Shown: piece after piece, positions 63,133-64,000 of the stretch
How positions within the stretch are numbered: position 1 is the stretch's first letter
Layout of the letters: the number at the start of each line of letters is the position of its first letter
Virus record (IMG/VR): IMGVR_UViG_3300012001_000006
Span: 1-64,000 of that record
Strand: one strand, 5' to 3'
DNA: 64,000 nucleotides
Source of the DNA: a virus
Translations under genes and position numbers: made by a program
The notes under the pieces: generated by a model
The model's input: only the letters and a program-made list of their open reading frames with translations
Databases searched by the model: none
What the model was told of the DNA's origin: nothing

Positions 63133-63975
63133 TTAGCTGCCGACAGAAAAGAGCTTGCCGGTGTTTGGGTCTGGATAGCCGGTGAAATCACAGTTGTACA
63201 CGCGCTCATTTTCGAGCTTGTATGCAAAGGTCAATCCACCTGCTGTGCCGGCCAGCGGGATCACGAAATCTTCCGACTGGTCGTTGTCGGGCCGCGACTT
63301 CGGATGCAGACGAAGTTCCTTGGCTGTCGACAACAGATCGACACCAACGCCGTTGGTCACATCGACGCGAGCGACAGTTCCGTCAACACCGCCGGTCAGG
63401 GTTGCGCCGGACACGGTAACGGAGGCGCCGGCAGTGCCGCTCGCCAGCGTGAAGGCGTTGCCGATGACGCCGCGCATACCGTACGCGACGTTCACAATCG
63501 CGCCGACAGCCGAGTAGGATGCGACGTTGAGGGCGGGAGCGACCGAGCTGTTCAGCACGGCAGCCAAAGCTGCGGCCGAAGCGGCAGCGGTGGCGCCGAT
63601 GGTAACTTCATTCACTGCGGCGGCCAGCGTCTTGAAGGTCAGAGTTTGACCATTCACGACGACCGTTTGACCGGTGGTTGGCTGAACGGCGACAGTCATC
63701 TGGCCGGCTGCGGCAACGGCATCCGTTACCAGCGTTGCGCCTGGCATAACCTTCACCAGATTGTCCAGCGTGGTTTCGGCCATAGGCACCTTGACCGTCA
63801 CTTCGCGGCCCATGATGTATTCGTTGATGGAGGTTTTGCCGAATTGATCGACTGTGACCTTGTGGGTGTCCGTCTTTACGGCCACTTCAACGCCGCCTTG
63901 GGTGTAACCCAAGTCACCGCCGCCGAAGAAGACCTTACAAACGCCCAACTTGACGTTTCTTGTATCACTTGCCAT
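63133..63975 (-). CDS. major tail tube protein with an internal inserted beta domain
   Basis: NVKLG.C.V.FGG.DLGYTQGGVEV...VDQFG; position upstream of the chaperones; AGGAG RBS. Confidence 0.85.
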   Translation of the reverse strand: MASDTRNVKLGVCKVFFGGGDLGYTQGGVEVAVKTDTHKVTVDQFGKTSINEYIMGREVTVKVPMAETTLDNLVKVMPGATLVTDAVAAAGQMTVAVQPTTGQTVVVNGQTLTFKTLAAAVNEVTIGATAAASAAALAAVLNSSVAPALNVASYSAVGAIVNVAYGMRGVIGNAFTLASGTAGASVTVSGATLTGGVDGTVARVDVTNGVGVDLLSTAKELRLHPKSRPDNDQSEDFVIPLAGTAGGLTFAYKLENERVYNCDFTGYPDPNTGKLFSVGS

Positions 63976-64000
63976 TTTAAAACTCCTTTGCAAAGGAAAA

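Larger units (their letters stand above)
1..64000. mobile_element. Large temperate siphovirus / SSU5-pHCM2-like phage(-plasmid) genome segment, apparently in the non-integrated configuration
   Basis: Phage replication, lysis and lambda-like tail genes run uninterrupted with no host housekeeping operons. The dnaE + cobS/cobT + recA + ligase + primase/helicase set is typical of this group. An att core has phage genes on both sides. Confidence 0.85.

Overview
The whole window is one continuous stretch of a large temperate tailed phage of the SSU5/pHCM2 phage-plasmid type (inferred from gene content and order). The host is probably a betaproteobacterium (Burkholderiales). Almost all genes lie on the minus strand. 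From left to right it holds: nucleotide metabolism (MazG-like, ThyX, class II RNR); recombination and replication (RuvC-like, Rad50/Mre11-like pair, RecA, 5'-3' exonuclease, SSB, UvsY-like, DnaE, sigma-like factor, CobS/CobT-like AAA+/vWA pair); a small plus-strand control island (XRE repressor, Arc-family protein, RsaM-LuxR fusion, excisionase); a tyrosine integrase with an intact attP carrying the 3' half of tRNA-Cys; a second replication block (guanylate kinase, ATP-dependent ligase, primase, helicase, Hfq-like protein, PhoH); lysis genes; and a lambda-like non-contractile tail module. The strongest candidate for an undescribed system is a single in-frame protein joining an RsaM/TofM-like quorum-sensing modulator domain to a complete AHL-type LuxR, with no luxI in the window, placed between the repressor and xis/int/attP. 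Other notable signals are about 22 copies of an 18-bp palindrome TAAGTCA-N4-TGACTTA at gene boundaries, a degenerate UDG-like domain fused to DnaE, a catalytically dead integrase-fold gene on the other side of attP, and an Hfq-like gene heading the helicase-primase operon. All family calls come from motif recognition by eye, not from database searches.
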